A DNA stretch of 64,000 nucleotides from Eledone cirrhosa (taxonomy: Eukaryota), in the NCBI GenBank assembly GCA_964016885.1, contig OZ024742.1, positions 119,660,001 to 119,724,000 of the forward strand. The letters run 5' to 3'. Shown here piece after piece: positions 13,200 through 25,588 of the stretch (its first letter is position 1; every line of letters starts with the position of its first letter). The notes below the pieces were generated by a model. The model saw only the letters and a list, made by a program, of their open reading frames with translations, made no database searches and was not told the DNA's origin. The position numbers and the translations under genes were made by a program.

Positions 13200-14190
13200 A
13201 ACAACAACTATTCTACAGCCATTTTACCTGGTAAAGAAGGGGCTAGACTTGCAAGCCCTATGACAAACTTCTTCAATGCTTTGGCTTCCAATTTCTCCTC
13301 CATTTTTAGCCATGTTTTTTTCCTCCCTCTGCTTCTCTCCACACTCATTTTCATCACTCCTCTCACCCAATCACTTTCAACATACCTCAGCAGATAACCC
13401 ATCCATCTCATTCCATTTCTTTTCACAGAATTCATCACTGTCTCTATTTCCATCATTCTCTGCAATTCATTGTTTGTCATCCTTTTCTCTCAGCGATCCT
13501 TCTATTATTCACCCAATTATTCTCATTTCCATACTTTTCTGCCCTCTTTGTTGCTTCATGTTCATTGCCCATGTTTTGCTCCCATAAAGCATGGCTCTTC
13601 TCACATATGCAGCACACACCCTATTAATCAGTTTCAGTAACACTACCCTTCACATTAGCACACCACTTAGTTTCCAGAACTTCTTTCATGCTCCCCTCAC
13701 TCTATCTACTGTTCTGAGTCTGATCCACCTTCTCTATTCAACATGTTTTTTAGATAAATCATTTTCACACCTTCCATCTTGACATCATTACCAAGATTCA
13801 CTTCATCATCTTCTCCATTTGCAGCTCATTACACTTGAATGTAGCTGCTACATTATTTAAATAATCTATTCACACTACTATATTTTCAATGTACCCATCC
13901 AGGGCCATCTTTTGGTTCTTTCCACTTCACCACATTCACTTGACATCATTCTTTTTCTTCATCCCCCTCATTCTATCTATACACTCTGCTATTAACACAA
14001 GGTCATCTTTGTACATCAACCCCTATGGTAAACACTCCTTTACATTTTGGGGCAGTACTTTCATCACAACTCCAAATAACACTGATCCCTGATACACTTC
14101 AACTTTCACTTCAAACTCATCATTGTTCCCACCCCTCAGCCTCATGAATATACACACTCACTCATACATTGTCATCACGACTTTAACTAA
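13200..14190 (-). mobile_element. Ancient RTE-like LINE fragment
   Basis: Remnants of HQGSVLFGVVM, LMYKDDLVLIA and MRWMGYLLR...RSRGRKKTW. Confidence 0.7.
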
Positions 14191-15786
14191 ATATTTATAT
14201 GATATTTATATGGCTGATGCTTAACTGAATATTTGAAGCCAATTGTGTGCAAGGGAAATATGAAGGGAGAGGTCATGCTTTTACAAAAGAGTGAACTATG
14301 TTAAAGGCACACAAGGATCAGGTGGGGACATTAAATGAGGCAGCCTGTTAGATTTACCACACAAAACCTCGGAATGTTTGTGTTTATATATCAACAGAGA
14401 AAATGTAAGCAAAGTATTTTGCAAATACCTTATAAGCTATGTGATGTTTAAAATTGATAAATGTAATTCATAAAATATCTAATGCAATCTTATTAGAGTA
14501 TTTTATTTAATAAACAATAATAAAGATTTGATTATATGGAATAAATTGATATTTATGTACACACATTTTACAGAATCTTTAGGAGAATAGTTCTTATGGC
14601 TCCAACAAAATCATATAATAAATTATAATGCAGTTTTAAATTCTTATTTTACTGGATTGAAATAATTTCTTTAGCAAATTTCTTGTTTATTTCGTTTTGA
14701 ATGGTTATATTATATTAAAACTTCTGACTTTTGAACAATTGAAGTAAAAAAAAGTAACAAGAAAGAAATATTACTTTTCTCTTGTTTCTTGTATTACACA
14801 TGAATATATAATGATACAGATGTTTTATATTGTTTAGGAGTTATACTTTGAATGTTCCATGTGAAAAAAAAATGAGTCAATATATTTCTGTTCATTATTA
14901 TGTCTCCTAATGTGAAGTGTTTATATTTTTAAATGCTTAATGTATAAAGACTCATTAATAAGACTGCCATTTGCAAGTGAATTAAATCCCTTAAAAGTAT
15001 TAGTTGTATGTGCATATTTTCTTCATTTATTTTATGGGATGGTTATAAATGAATGCAAAAATAACTTATATGAATATATAATTAGTCACAATATGATAGT
15101 GCGACCATTGACTGAATATATACAAAACTCTGGTGATCCATTCTCTTATCTAGACATGATATGAACAATGACTTTGGCAATTTCCACACTGGGAATTGTG
15201 TCTTCATTTGCTTTTGTTTACATACACATTTTTTTATCATTGTTTTTATCATTTTTGCCACGACAAACCATTTCTTTTTATTGAATGTTATTATTATTAT
15301 TTTTTTTTTTTGTTATCGTTTTTGTCATCTCCAACTACTGAAACAAATAAAATTAATGAATATAATGAATATGTATGCAATAAGGCAATACAATGAAAAG
15401 GATCAGTATTTGATTGATCTATATATGTAAATTCTAAATGATTTATTTGTTAATGGAAACATCTCAACAAGTATAAAAAAAATAAAAATATCACCAAAAC
15501 AAATGTGTATATAACTTGTTTAGTAACTAGAATAGCTAATACAAATGGAGATGTATCTGATGCTGAAGTCATTCTTTTCATTACATCTACTTAAGATGAA
15601 GGATCACCAAAACTCTTTATTAACAGATACTTGGTGTCTTTTGATAAGTCATTTGGTAGGAATATTGTCTTAGATATGATGGTGTCAGAGAGTAACATGA
15701 GTTGGCTACTAATATATTTCGTATTATATATATATATATATATATAATACAATATATTAACAAATGGAAACTATATTTATAAAACC

Positions 15787-15862
15787 ATATTTATTTTATT
15801 ATACATATTTCAAGGGCCACCAAGGCAAATTATGGTGCACTTTCATCAGATAAAATACAATA
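15787..15862 (-). ncRNA. Minimal type I hammerhead ribozyme motif in a PLE family 3 terminal fragment
   Basis: Minus strand reads UAUUGUAUUUUAU-CUGAUGA-AAG..CACCA..UGGUG..CUU-GAAA-UAUGUAU-A-AUAAAAUAAAUA. Flanks are homologous to 56119-56259. Confidence 0.75.
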
Positions 15863-15975
15863 CAGATTAGATTTATAAATAAATATTGATACACCCTGAA
15901 AAAAGACAACCTTAATGGTTGGAGCTTTATTTATATATATGTATATATATATTTATGTATATGTATATATGTATG

Positions 15976-16012
<37 letters not shown>

Positions 16013-16017
16013 ATATG

Positions 16018-16342
16018 GAGGCACATGGCTTAGTGGTTAGAGCATTGGCCTTGCAATCGAAAGGTTGGGAGTTCAATTCTCAGACCAGGTGATGTGTTGT
16101 TTCCTTGAGCAAGACACTTTATTTTACATTGCTCCAGTTTACTCAGCTGTAGAAATGAGATGATAGGGACCCCAAAGTGGACATGGAGGTGCCACGGAAA
16201 AGAAAAAGGCACCCAGCACTCACTGTAAATGAGGTTGGTGTTAGGACGGGCATCCAGCTGTAGAAATCAAGCCAAATCAGTTCCTGTCCCACCCTTGCAA
16301 GCAGGGAGAAAGCGGACGTAAAATGAAATGATGATGATGATC
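16018..16342 (+). mobile_element. tRNA-derived SINE family S2 with RTE-derived body and tail
   Basis: A box tggcttagtggttag, B box gggagttcaattc, conserved middle ccttgagcaagacacttt, RTE module ggttggtgttaggacgggcatccagctgtagaaa, and a tail matching the family C 3' end. Confidence 0.9.
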
Positions 16343-16382
16343 ATATATATATATATATATATATATGATGATGATATATTCA

Positions 16383-16438
16383 TTCATTCATTTCATTTCA
16401 TTTTACGTCCGCTTTTCCCTGCTTGCAAGGGTGGGACA
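16383..16438 (-). mobile_element. Very short RTE family C or SINE S2 3' tail
   Basis: ttttacgtccgcttttccctgcttgcaagggtgggac is nearly identical to 47174-47210. Confidence 0.85.
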
Positions 16439-16720
16439 TATATATATATATGAATGTATATATCTATATATGAATGTATATATATATGTGTGTGTATATA
16501 TATATATATATGTGTGTATGTGTGTGTATATATATATGTGTATGTGTGTGTATATATATATATATATATATGTGTATGTGTGTGTGTATATATATATATA
16601 TATATGTGTATGTGTGTGTATATATATATATATATATGTGTATGTGTGTGTGTGTGTATATATATATGTGTGTGTATATATATATATATGTGTGTGTGTG
16701 TGTATATATATATGTGTGTG

Positions 16721-16751
<31 letters not shown>

Positions 16752-16866
16752 ATATATATATGTGTGTGTGTATATATATATATGTGTGTGTGTATATATA
16801 TGTATATGTGTGTGTATATATATATATGTGTGTGTGTATATATATATGTGTGTGTGTATATATATA

Positions 16867-16897
<31 letters not shown>

Positions 16898-17160
16898 GTG
16901 TGTATACATGTATATGTATGTATATATGTGTGTGTGTGTATATATATATATATATGTGTGTGTATATATGTATATGTATGTATATGTGTATGTATATGTA
17001 TGTATGTGTGTGTATATGTATGTGTGTATATATGTATATGTATGTATGTGTACGTATATATATATGTGTGTATGTGTGTGTGTATATATATATGTGTATA
17101 TATGTATATGTACATATGTATATATGTATATATATATATATATGTATATGTATATATATA
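16439..17160. repeat. Compound (TA)n/(TG)n microsatellite
   Basis: Direct reading. Confidence 0.95.
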
Positions 17161-20100
17161 TCATCATCATCATCATCAGGTTTAGCGTCCGTGTTCCACG
17201 CTTGCATGGGTTTGGACGGGGGTTTTCCCACTTGAGGCAAGAGTGGTTGTCTTGCTCGCATAGGACTGTCTGGCGGGTTTTCTACAGTTGGATGCCCTTC
17301 CTAACACCAACCACATTTACAGTGTGGGGCTGGGAGGTTTTTACCGTGTTGCCTACACGGCCACATTACAGCGTGGACTGTCTGGCGGGTTTTCTACAGC
17401 TGGATGCCCTTCCTAACACCAACCACCTTTACAGTGTGGGGCTGGGAGGTTTTTACCGTGTTGCCTACACAGCCACATTTACAGCGTGGACTGTGTGTTT
17501 TTTGTCGTGACACCTACACGATCTCATTTGTTTCGGCCTGGATGTTGTGGGACCAACATAACTTTACATTGAAAGGGGCGGTGTGGGTGGGTGGAGGTGG
17601 TGGGACGGGGGTGTGTTTTGATAGAGATGCCTACTGACTGTAGTAGGTTTTTAGTTTGTATTTAGGTAAGGCGGGTCTTCTCTATTACTGAGTACCGCCA
17701 AAGGTCTCGGTCCAGTGACATTGTCTTGGAGAGGTGTAAGCGTGTGAGGTCGGAATTTATCAGCTCGTCCCATGTTTTTCTGGGTCTGCCTACTCCGTGG
17801 CTACCGTCTATCTTTATTGCCCTGCACTTTGTTATACAGCTGTCGTCTTTCATGCGCATCACGTGACCGTACCAACGTAGCCTTCTCTCGAGTAAACAAC
17901 ATCTGATCCCTCTTATTTCTAATTTTTTCCTTAGTTCGTTTATGCTTTGCCGTTCACGTATATTACTATTGCACATCCAGCGGAGCATGCAAGTTTCGTT
18001 CCTCTCTAGTCTGCGTATATCCTCTGCACACAATGCCCAGGTCTCACTGCCATGCAGCATTGCTGTTCGTATGCAGGCATCGTATAACCTGCCTTTCATT
18101 TTTAGGGAGAACCCTCTAGCGGCTAATAGTGGTATAAGCTCTCTGAACTTTTTCCATCCAGTTCTGACTCTAGCTACTGTACTTTCAGAGCACCCTCCCC
18201 CACTGCTGATTTTGTCACCCAGATAACGGAAGCTGTCCACTATTTCTATAGAACCCTCTGCGCAGTTGAAGGAGCTAGTATTTTGTGGGCACTTGCTGCT
18301 ACTTATTGCACCAGAGCACCGGCCACATGTAAAATCTATGTTCTTAGTTAGCTTACCTGTGATCCCACTACATCTTTTATGCACCCATACTTTGCATTTG
18401 GGACATAAAATGGAGTTTCTACCTACGCCTTTCCTACACACTGAGCATGGCCATTTCCCCGATGGGACCGCCGCCTTATTTTCTTTCCTACAAACTAGAA
18501 CTTTAGTCTTAGCCAGGTTAATTTTAAGGCCTTTTGATTCTAGGCCGTGCTTCCACGTTTGGAATTTCTTCTCTAGTTCGGTCATTGATTCAGCTATGAG
18601 CGTTAGATCATCTGCGTATAGGAGTTCCCATGGGCAGCCGGTCTTGAACTCCTCTGTTATAGCCTGAAGGGCAATAATAAATAGTAGGGGGCTAAGTACA
18701 GAGCCCTGATGGACACCAACTTTTACGCTAAACTCTTCACTATATTCGTTGTTAATTCTAACCTTATTGACTGTTTCTTTATACATGGCTTGTATAGCTC
18801 TCACAAGCCATTCGTCAACACCTAGTTTTCTAAGAGACCACCAGATAATGGAACGGGGGACTCTGTCGAAGGCTTTCTCCAAGTCGACAAAAGCTAAGTA
18901 TAGGGGTTTACTTTTAGCTAGGTACTTCTCCTGTAGTTGTCGTACAATGAAAAGAGCGTCTGTGGTACTTTTGCCTGACACAAACCCGAACTGCATTTCA
19001 TCTAGATCAATTCTCTCTCTGATTAGTTGCGCTATTACTTTTTCCGTGACCTTCATGACCTGGTCGATTAATTTAATGCCTCTATAGTTACTCCTATCTA
19101 GGGCATCTCCTTTTCCCTTATAGCAGTTAACGATGATGCTGCTACGCCATTCCTTCGGAACAACCCCATTCTGTATGACTTGGTTAACTATCCGGGTGAC
19201 CATGGTGTGTCCCACCGAACCAGATGCCTTCAGCATCTCAGCAACTATTTCCGAAGGCCCAGCCGCCTTACCCGTCTTCATATCTTTGATTGCCTTACTT
19301 ATTATACTACCTTCAACTAACACTGCTGGTCCCTCTATTGGATCGATCTGGGGGAGACTGTCTTTCTCCCATTTGTTCTCCTCATTTAGAAGCCTTTCGT
19401 AGTGACACTTCCAAGCTACCTTCTTATCAGCGTCGGTGATGGCAAGTATGCCATCATCGTTAAGTACACACTTCTCCCCGACAATATCACGGTTTTCCTT
19501 GACACATTGCCTGGCAATCCTGAACACCTCACGTTTTTGGTCCTCACGTTGTAGAACATGCTTGAACTTTCTTTCCTCTGCTTCCCTTCTTGCGAAGTAC
19601 ACTTGTCTCCTAGCTTCCCTCCTGTCCACTTGATAGTCTTCTCTACTTCCCCCATCCCGCCATACTTTCCAAGCCTGCTTTTTGGCCTTAATTGACCCCT
19701 CCACCTTACTGTTCCACCACCATGTTACTCTCCTCCTACCTACAGGCCTGCTCCAGCCACAGACTTCGTCTGCCGCCGTCAGCAGGTTTGCTCTCAGGAA
19801 TTCCCACTGTTCCTCTATATTATACGACTCTAATTGCTCTTCCTTACTGTCGAAAGCGTCAAGTAATTTGCTTTGAAATTTATTTCTGGCTATGGGGTCC
19901 TTTAGCTTCCATATTTTTCTCCTGAGGATAGTCCTCTTCCGCTGTCTAGTACGTCTCGTCCTGACTATGAGGTCGCTAATTATCAGTCTATGTTGGGAGG
20001 TGAATTCTTCATGGGGGTGGGATTTAGTGTTAACAACAGACACTCTGTCACGTCTTCTGGTAAGGATATAATCTACCTGGCTTGTGTGTTCCCCCGATCT

Positions 20101-20868
20101 ATAGGTGATCAGGTGATTGTCTCGTTTTTTGAAGTTAGTGTTACAGATAGTTAAGTTATTTGCGTCGCAGAATTCCAGGATTCTGGAGCCTTCCTCATTT
20201 CTAGTACCGAACCCATAGCCTCCATGGATTCCGTCATAGCCGTCACAATGTTGTCCAACGTGACCATTTAGGTCGCCTGCAATAACTATATAGTCACTGT
20301 CGGTTATTTGGGAGGTAGCGAGCATCAGTGTCTCGTAGAATCTGTCTTTTATAGCGCGGGGCAGTCCGGATTGGGGTGCGTACGCAGATATTACTGTCAC
20401 CGTAGTTTTATTGAGGACAAGTCTTATTTTAATTATTCTGTCGTTCACTCTATTTACGTCTATTATCTTATCTGCCCACTTTTCTGCTACCATGATTCCT
20501 ACCCCACCCAACCCATTGTCATTTCCCACCCAGAAAAGCTTATAGCATCGTTCTTTACCCACGATGAATCTAGCCGACCCTCCCCTCCACCTGGTCTCTT
20601 GAATACAACAAACATCGACCTCCTTACGTTCAAGCATTTCTACAACCTCGTTAGAGCGACCCTTTAAGGTGCCTACATTCATGGTACCAACTCTGAAGTT
20701 TTGGATTGCGTTTGGAGGGTGGGAGCGGTGGGGCGCGGGGGGGGGGGGGGTTATGTTAGCCATCCTGGGCCGAAACAAGGAGGAGTGCTTGCATTCTCGT
20801 CCACGAGGTGAATTTGGCTTTATCTTTGGCATTGTCGCTGAGCGTCCACATTTTTCTCTCTTCAACAT
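17161..20868 (-). mobile_element. RTE-clade LINE family A, near full length
   Basis: Single long ORF, ~500-nt 3' UTR with an internal ~112-bp duplication, (TGA)n tail; flanked by TA repeats. Confidence 0.97.
17662..20868 (-). CDS. RTE ORF: APE endonuclease, reverse transcriptase, PHD-like finger (start uncertain; in-frame ATGs also at 20832 and 20763)
   Basis: VGTMNVGTL, CCIQETRW, GDLNGH, SQHRL (APE); FVDLEKAFDRV, QGSVLSPLLF, YADD (RT); CSVC..CPKC..HKRC..CGRC. No internal stops. Confidence 0.95.
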   Translation of the reverse strand: MLKREKCGRSATMPKIKPNSPRGRECKHSSLFRPRMANITPPPPAPHRSHPPNAIQNFRVGTMNVGTLKGRSNEVVEMLERKEVDVCCIQETRWRGGSARFIVGKERCYKLFWVGNDNGLGGVGIMVAEKWADKIIDVNRVNDRIIKIRLVLNKTTVTVISAYAPQSGLPRAIKDRFYETLMLATSQITDSDYIVIAGDLNGHVGQHCDGYDGIHGGYGFGTRNEEGSRILEFCDANNLTICNTNFKKRDNHLITYRSGEHTSQVDYILTRRRDRVSVVNTKSHPHEEFTSQHRLIISDLIVRTRRTRQRKRTILRRKIWKLKDPIARNKFQSKLLDAFDSKEEQLESYNIEEQWEFLRANLLTAADEVCGWSRPVGRRRVTWWWNSKVEGSIKAKKQAWKVWRDGGSREDYQVDRREARRQVYFARREAEERKFKHVLQREDQKREVFRIARQCVKENRDIVGEKCVLNDDGILAITDADKKVAWKCHYERLLNEENKWEKDSLPQIDPIEGPAVLVEGSIISKAIKDMKTGKAAGPSEIVAEMLKASGSVGHTMVTRIVNQVIQNGVVPKEWRSSIIVNCYKGKGDALDRSNYRGIKLIDQVMKVTEKVIAQLIRERIDLDEMQFGFVSGKSTTDALFIVRQLQEKYLAKSKPLYLAFVDLEKAFDRVPRSIIWWSLRKLGVDEWLVRAIQAMYKETVNKVRINNEYSEEFSVKVGVHQGSVLSPLLFIIALQAITEEFKTGCPWELLYADDLTLIAESMTELEKKFQTWKHGLESKGLKINLAKTKVLVCRKENKAAVPSGKWPCSVCRKGVGRNSILCPKCKVWVHKRCSGITGKLTKNIDFTCGRCSGAISSSKCPQNTSSFNCAEGSIEIVDSFRYLGDKISSGGGCSESTVARVRTGWKKFRELIPLLAARGFSLKMKGRLYDACIRTAMLHGSETWALCAEDIRRLERNETCMLRWMCNSNIRERQSINELRKKLEIRGIRCCLLERRLRWYGHVMRMKDDSCITKCRAIKIDGSHGVGRPRKTWDELINSDLTRLHLSKTMSLDRDLWRYSVIEKTRLT

Positions 20869-21188
20869 ATATATATATAGTGTATATATAGTGTATATAT
20901 ATATATAGTGTATATATATATGGTGTATATAAATATAGTGTATATATATATATATAAATAGTGTATATAAATATAGTGTATATATATATATAAATAGTGT
21001 ATATAAATATAGTGTATATATATATATAAATAGTGTATATAAATATAGTGTATATATATATATATAAATAGTGTATATAAATATAGTGTATATATATATA
21101 TATAAATAGTGTATATAAATATAGTGTATATATATATATATATAAATAGTGTATATATATATATAGTGTATATATATATATAGTGTAT

Positions 21189-21226
<38 letters not shown>

Positions 21227-21227
<1 letters not shown>

Positions 21228-21603
21228 CATCATCATCATCATCATCATCATCAACGTTTAACGTCCGTGTTCCACGCTTGCATGGGTTTGGACGGGGGTA
21301 GTCCCACTTGAGGCAAGAGTGATTGTCTTGCTCGCATAGGACTGTCTGGCAGGTTTTCTACAGTTGGATGCCCTTCCTAACACCAACCACATTTACAGTG
21401 TGGGTCTGGGAGGTTTTTACCGTGTTGCCTACACGGCCACATTACAGCGTGGACTGTGTGTTTTTTTGTCGTGACACCTACACGATCTCATTTGTTTCGG
21501 CCTGGATGGCGCGGCACCAACATAACTTTACATAGAACGGGGTGGTGTGGATGGGGTGGGGGTGGCGGCGGGAGGGGTGTATTTTGTTAGAGATGCCTAC
21601 TGG
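21227..21603 (-). mobile_element. RTE family A, 3'-UTR-only copy
   Basis: Matches the 3' UTR at 17161-17637; (TCA)n tail. Confidence 0.9.
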
Positions 21604-21776
21604 CATATATATATATATATATATAGTGTATATAGCGATTGCAGGAATCTGACTAAGATCGAATGCCAGACCAGGATCTCCACCACCTCTAATACTTACC
21701 ACTAGTCCACGGAGACGGTTATCATTTTTTTAATATAGTGCATATATATAGTTTATATATATATATATATGTGTAT

Positions 21777-22624
21777 GTAGCCAGGACTCTGGCTTTACTG
21801 TAGCACCGGCTCAGAGCAGAAGTGTTGGGGCGAAAAAGGTATCGGATGCTGAATTTGCCGACGACATAGTTTTGGTGACAAATACAGTGAGGGAGGCAGA
21901 GGATTTGATGCGGGAGGTTGAGACTGTGTCGATGAGTGTGGGGCTGAGAATGAATGAGACTAAAACAAAATATCTGGTAGAGAATGTTGAGAAGCCAGAG
22001 GGGATCACTAATGTAGGCGGGAAGCCGCTGGAATTGGTTGAGGACTTCCTGTATTTGGGAGCAAAGATTGGGAATACGGAAGATGATGTGGTTGAGAGGA
22101 AGAGCAAGGCCTGGGCGGCGTGCCACAGCTTGAGATCGGTGTGGAAGTCGGACCTTCGTAGAGACCTGAAAATCCGCCTCTTCATTGCTGTAGTGGAGTC
22201 TGTGCTGCTGTATGGGTCTGAGACTTGGACACTGACCAAGAAACTCACTCAGATGGTGGATGGGTGCTACACGAGAATGCTGAGGATATCTCTGAACATT
22301 AATCAGTATACACTGAGGAAGAAAAACTCAGAGCTGTATGGGAGCATCCCAAAAGTCAGCTCAAAAGTGACACAGAGGAGACTGAGGTTAGCTGAACATG
22401 CTCACCGACATCCAGAGTTGACATTGCACTCAGTACTCCTTTGGGTGCCCCTACATGGATACACTAGAAGAGGAAGACCAAGGTTAACGTATGTTGATGC
22501 CCTAAGGACAGACACTGGTCTGTTGGAGATGCAGGACATCGCAGCGATAATGAGGGACAGAGACCGCTGGAGAGAACTCGTCCATGGATCTCGGAAATTT
22601 TACCCGCCTGAGATAGATAAGTAG
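21777..22624 (+). mobile_element. 5'-truncated RTE-type LINE of a distinct family D (no PHD-like insert)
   Basis: DAEFADDIVL, GLRMNETKTKYL, FLYLG, SVLLYGSETWTL, RLRLA.H..RH and RRGRP in one open frame. Confidence 0.9.
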
Positions 22625-22656
22625 TGTATATATATATATATATATTTATATATACA

Positions 22657-23470
22657 TGTACATTAAGCTCCAATGTATAACCTGTAAATATTAACTGTAA
22701 CACTAGAAATTTAGTATATAGCATAAGATGTACTGAAGGACAATGTAGAGATAAAAATACAGTGTACATAGGTGAGACAGCTCGTAGTGTAGGGGAACGG
22801 ATAAAGGAACACTGGCGAGACCTTCAAGATAGTAAAGAATCAGCTGTACTCTACCAACATGCTAAAATAGAACATAAGGGTAAATTAGAGGACATAGAAA
22901 TGAAAAATAGAATCTACACACAGAAAAGACGCAATGTTTAGACAAATCACAGAGGCAATAAACATAAAAGAATTACAACCAAAATTAAATAGAAAACATG
23001 AGTGGAACAGCAACATCACAACTTACAATTAAGGACAAAATGAAAACACACACGCACATAGAACAAACAACCAACCAGTAACATGTAAATAAACAAATAA
23101 ATAAACGAATATAAACACACACAGACACCCGGATGTGGCGCATGCGCAGACTGAGCACACAACACACACACACAGAAACAAGATGGCGTAGGACAGAACA
23201 AAGGAGAGGTACAAAAACTAAGAAAAGAAACCCTAGTCACAGAAGAGGTCACAGAATGTGTGACGAAAGAATTTGACAATATATAAACAACCATCTGGTT
23301 GTGGAACGAACCAACCAACCGGAAATAAATAAATTTATTATAATAAATTGGAGTGAAAGCAACGAGTGCGTGTGTTTCTTATTGGCAACATGACCTTCCC
23401 AAAGTATAACAGTATCGGTTTCAACACACGTTTTCAGATAAAGAATCTTGCTAAACAAATTCAGAAACGA
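22657..23470 (+). mobile_element. PLE family 4 3' fragment (frameshifted GIY-YIG endonuclease plus 3' UTR)
   Basis: Manual translation: NCNTRNLVYSIRC...VYIGETARSVGERIKEH...VLYQHAKIEH.../RQITEAINIKELQPKLNRKHEW. Hammerhead-like motif downstream. Confidence 0.85.
23236..23277 (+). ncRNA. Candidate minimal hammerhead with variant core CAGAAGA
   Basis: GUCA-CAGAAGA-G-GUCACA(GAAUG)UGUGAC-GAAA-GAAU-U-UGAC. Confidence 0.55.
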
Positions 23471-23477
23471 TATATAG

Positions 23478-23509
<32 letters not shown>

Positions 23510-24037
23510 ATATATATATATATATATAGTATATATATATAGTATATATATATATATATATAGTATATATATATAGTATATATATATATATATATAGTAT
23601 ATATATATATATATATATATAGTATATATATATATAGTATATATATATATTTATGGTATATATATATAGTGTATATATATAGTATATATATAGTATATAT
23701 ATATATATATATATAGTATATATATATATATATATAGTATATATATATAGTATATATATATAGTATATATATAGAGTATATATATATATATAGAGTATAT
23801 ATATATATATAGAGTATATATATATAGAGTATATATATATATATAGAGTATATATATATATATAGAGTATATATATATATATAGAGTATATATATATATA
23901 TATAGTATATACATATATATATAGTATATATATATATATATAGTATATACATATATATATAGTATATACATATATATATAGTATATACATATATATATAG
24001 TATATACATATATATATAGTATATACATATATATATA

Positions 24038-24081
<44 letters not shown>

Positions 24082-24381
24082 TATATATATATATATATAT
24101 ATAGTATATATATATATATATATACATAGTATATATATATATAGTATATATAGTATATATATATATATATATATATATAGTATATATATATATAGTATAT
24201 ATATATATATAGTATATATATATATAGTATATATATATATATATAGTATATATATATATATAGTATATATATATATATATAGTATATATATATATAGTAT
24301 ATATATATATATACTATATATATATAGTATATATATATATAGTATATATATATATACTATATATATATATATATATAGTAT
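23471..24381. repeat. (TA)nG satellite
   Basis: Direct reading. Confidence 0.95.
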
Positions 24382-24384
24382 ATA

Positions 24385-24496
24385 GGAACCAGTAAGACCC
24401 CGACAGCTGAGCTCAAGCCGTTTCGACGGCTAATTCTGGACTAAATGAACATTTATCCTGGTATTTAAATAGCCGATCTTCTCAAGGGGTAATTCC
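24385..24496 (-). ncRNA. Mirror copy of the family 1 hammerhead
   Basis: Reverse complement of 30402-30513. Confidence 0.8.
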
Positions 24497-25588
24497 ATAT
24501 ATGGTCAAAGTGATTGTCAAAAATCAGTAGTAATTCTGTGGTTGCAAATTAGTAGGGGAGATGGTGGCTAAACCTGCCAGTAGGAGAAAGAGGGGAGGGG
24601 GTGGAGTAGACCCAATCAAGCGTTGGTAGTGCCAGCTACAGCTGGGCATGAGGTCAAAGAAGATACAGGGGAGGGGGAGGGGGAGGAAGTCGGAACGGTA
24701 GGTAGAACAATGGGGGGTAAAAATAGGAAAGAAAAAATACTGAGAGTGAAGAAAAGCAAAAAAGTGTAAAGAAAAAATTAAATTCTACGACCTAGGTGTC
24801 AGGCTATTGTTAGGCGAGAATAAAATAAAGAAAGAAAGAAAGAAGTAAATAAATAAATAAATAAATAAATAAGGAAATAAGTAAAAGAACTAGGTGGGAC
24901 GAATTAAGCAAGGACCCTTTTAAGAGGTATAAGTACGTAAATGATACGGTGACTGGTCAACAAAAGGGGCCAAAATACTAAAGAGACTACCACGAAATAA
25001 ACAATAAAGGTTTCCATCCCGGGCCAGCAACGACCCAGTGCAGCAAAGTGAACTTGTACGACATAATAATTCTGAGTCCCGGGAAAAATATATACTAATG
25101 CTAACTCTAAAAGATCTAAAACAAGCTACATGAAAGTTCGTACGAAATAAAGGTAGAATACGGAGAAATAAGTTCAGAATCCACCCCGCCCAGAAGAAAA
25201 GCGAAGCAAGAAATACTGAAACGAAAAAATAAGGCATAAGTGCCACTAAGAAATAAAGAGGGCACAGAGAATAGTGGGAGCGGTCGGAAAAGGGGGGCAA
25301 GTATCCGGGGTCTAAGCCAACTGCTATAAAGGGCGGAGTCCGCCAAATCTATCAAAGACTAGGGGAGGGGGGAGTGGGGGTACTAAGGCTACATGGGGCC
25401 AAAGGGCAGCCTCGGGTGGGCGAGAAAAGACGCCGACAAAGGAGAAGAGCTGGGGTAGAAGGACAAAGGAGAGAGGGGGGAAGGAAATAAAGGATGCGAT
25501 AAAAGAATACAAAGAAGATCTTACGTCTTCCTTGGCAAGCAGGGGTTACCCATTGCAAAATCGGCAACTGGGGTGTTAAAGCCCTAGT

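Noticed and set aside
16018-16090. tRNA gene
   Set aside because: It has A/B boxes but continues into a SINE body and RTE tail with no intact cloverleaf. The same applies to the S1 heads.
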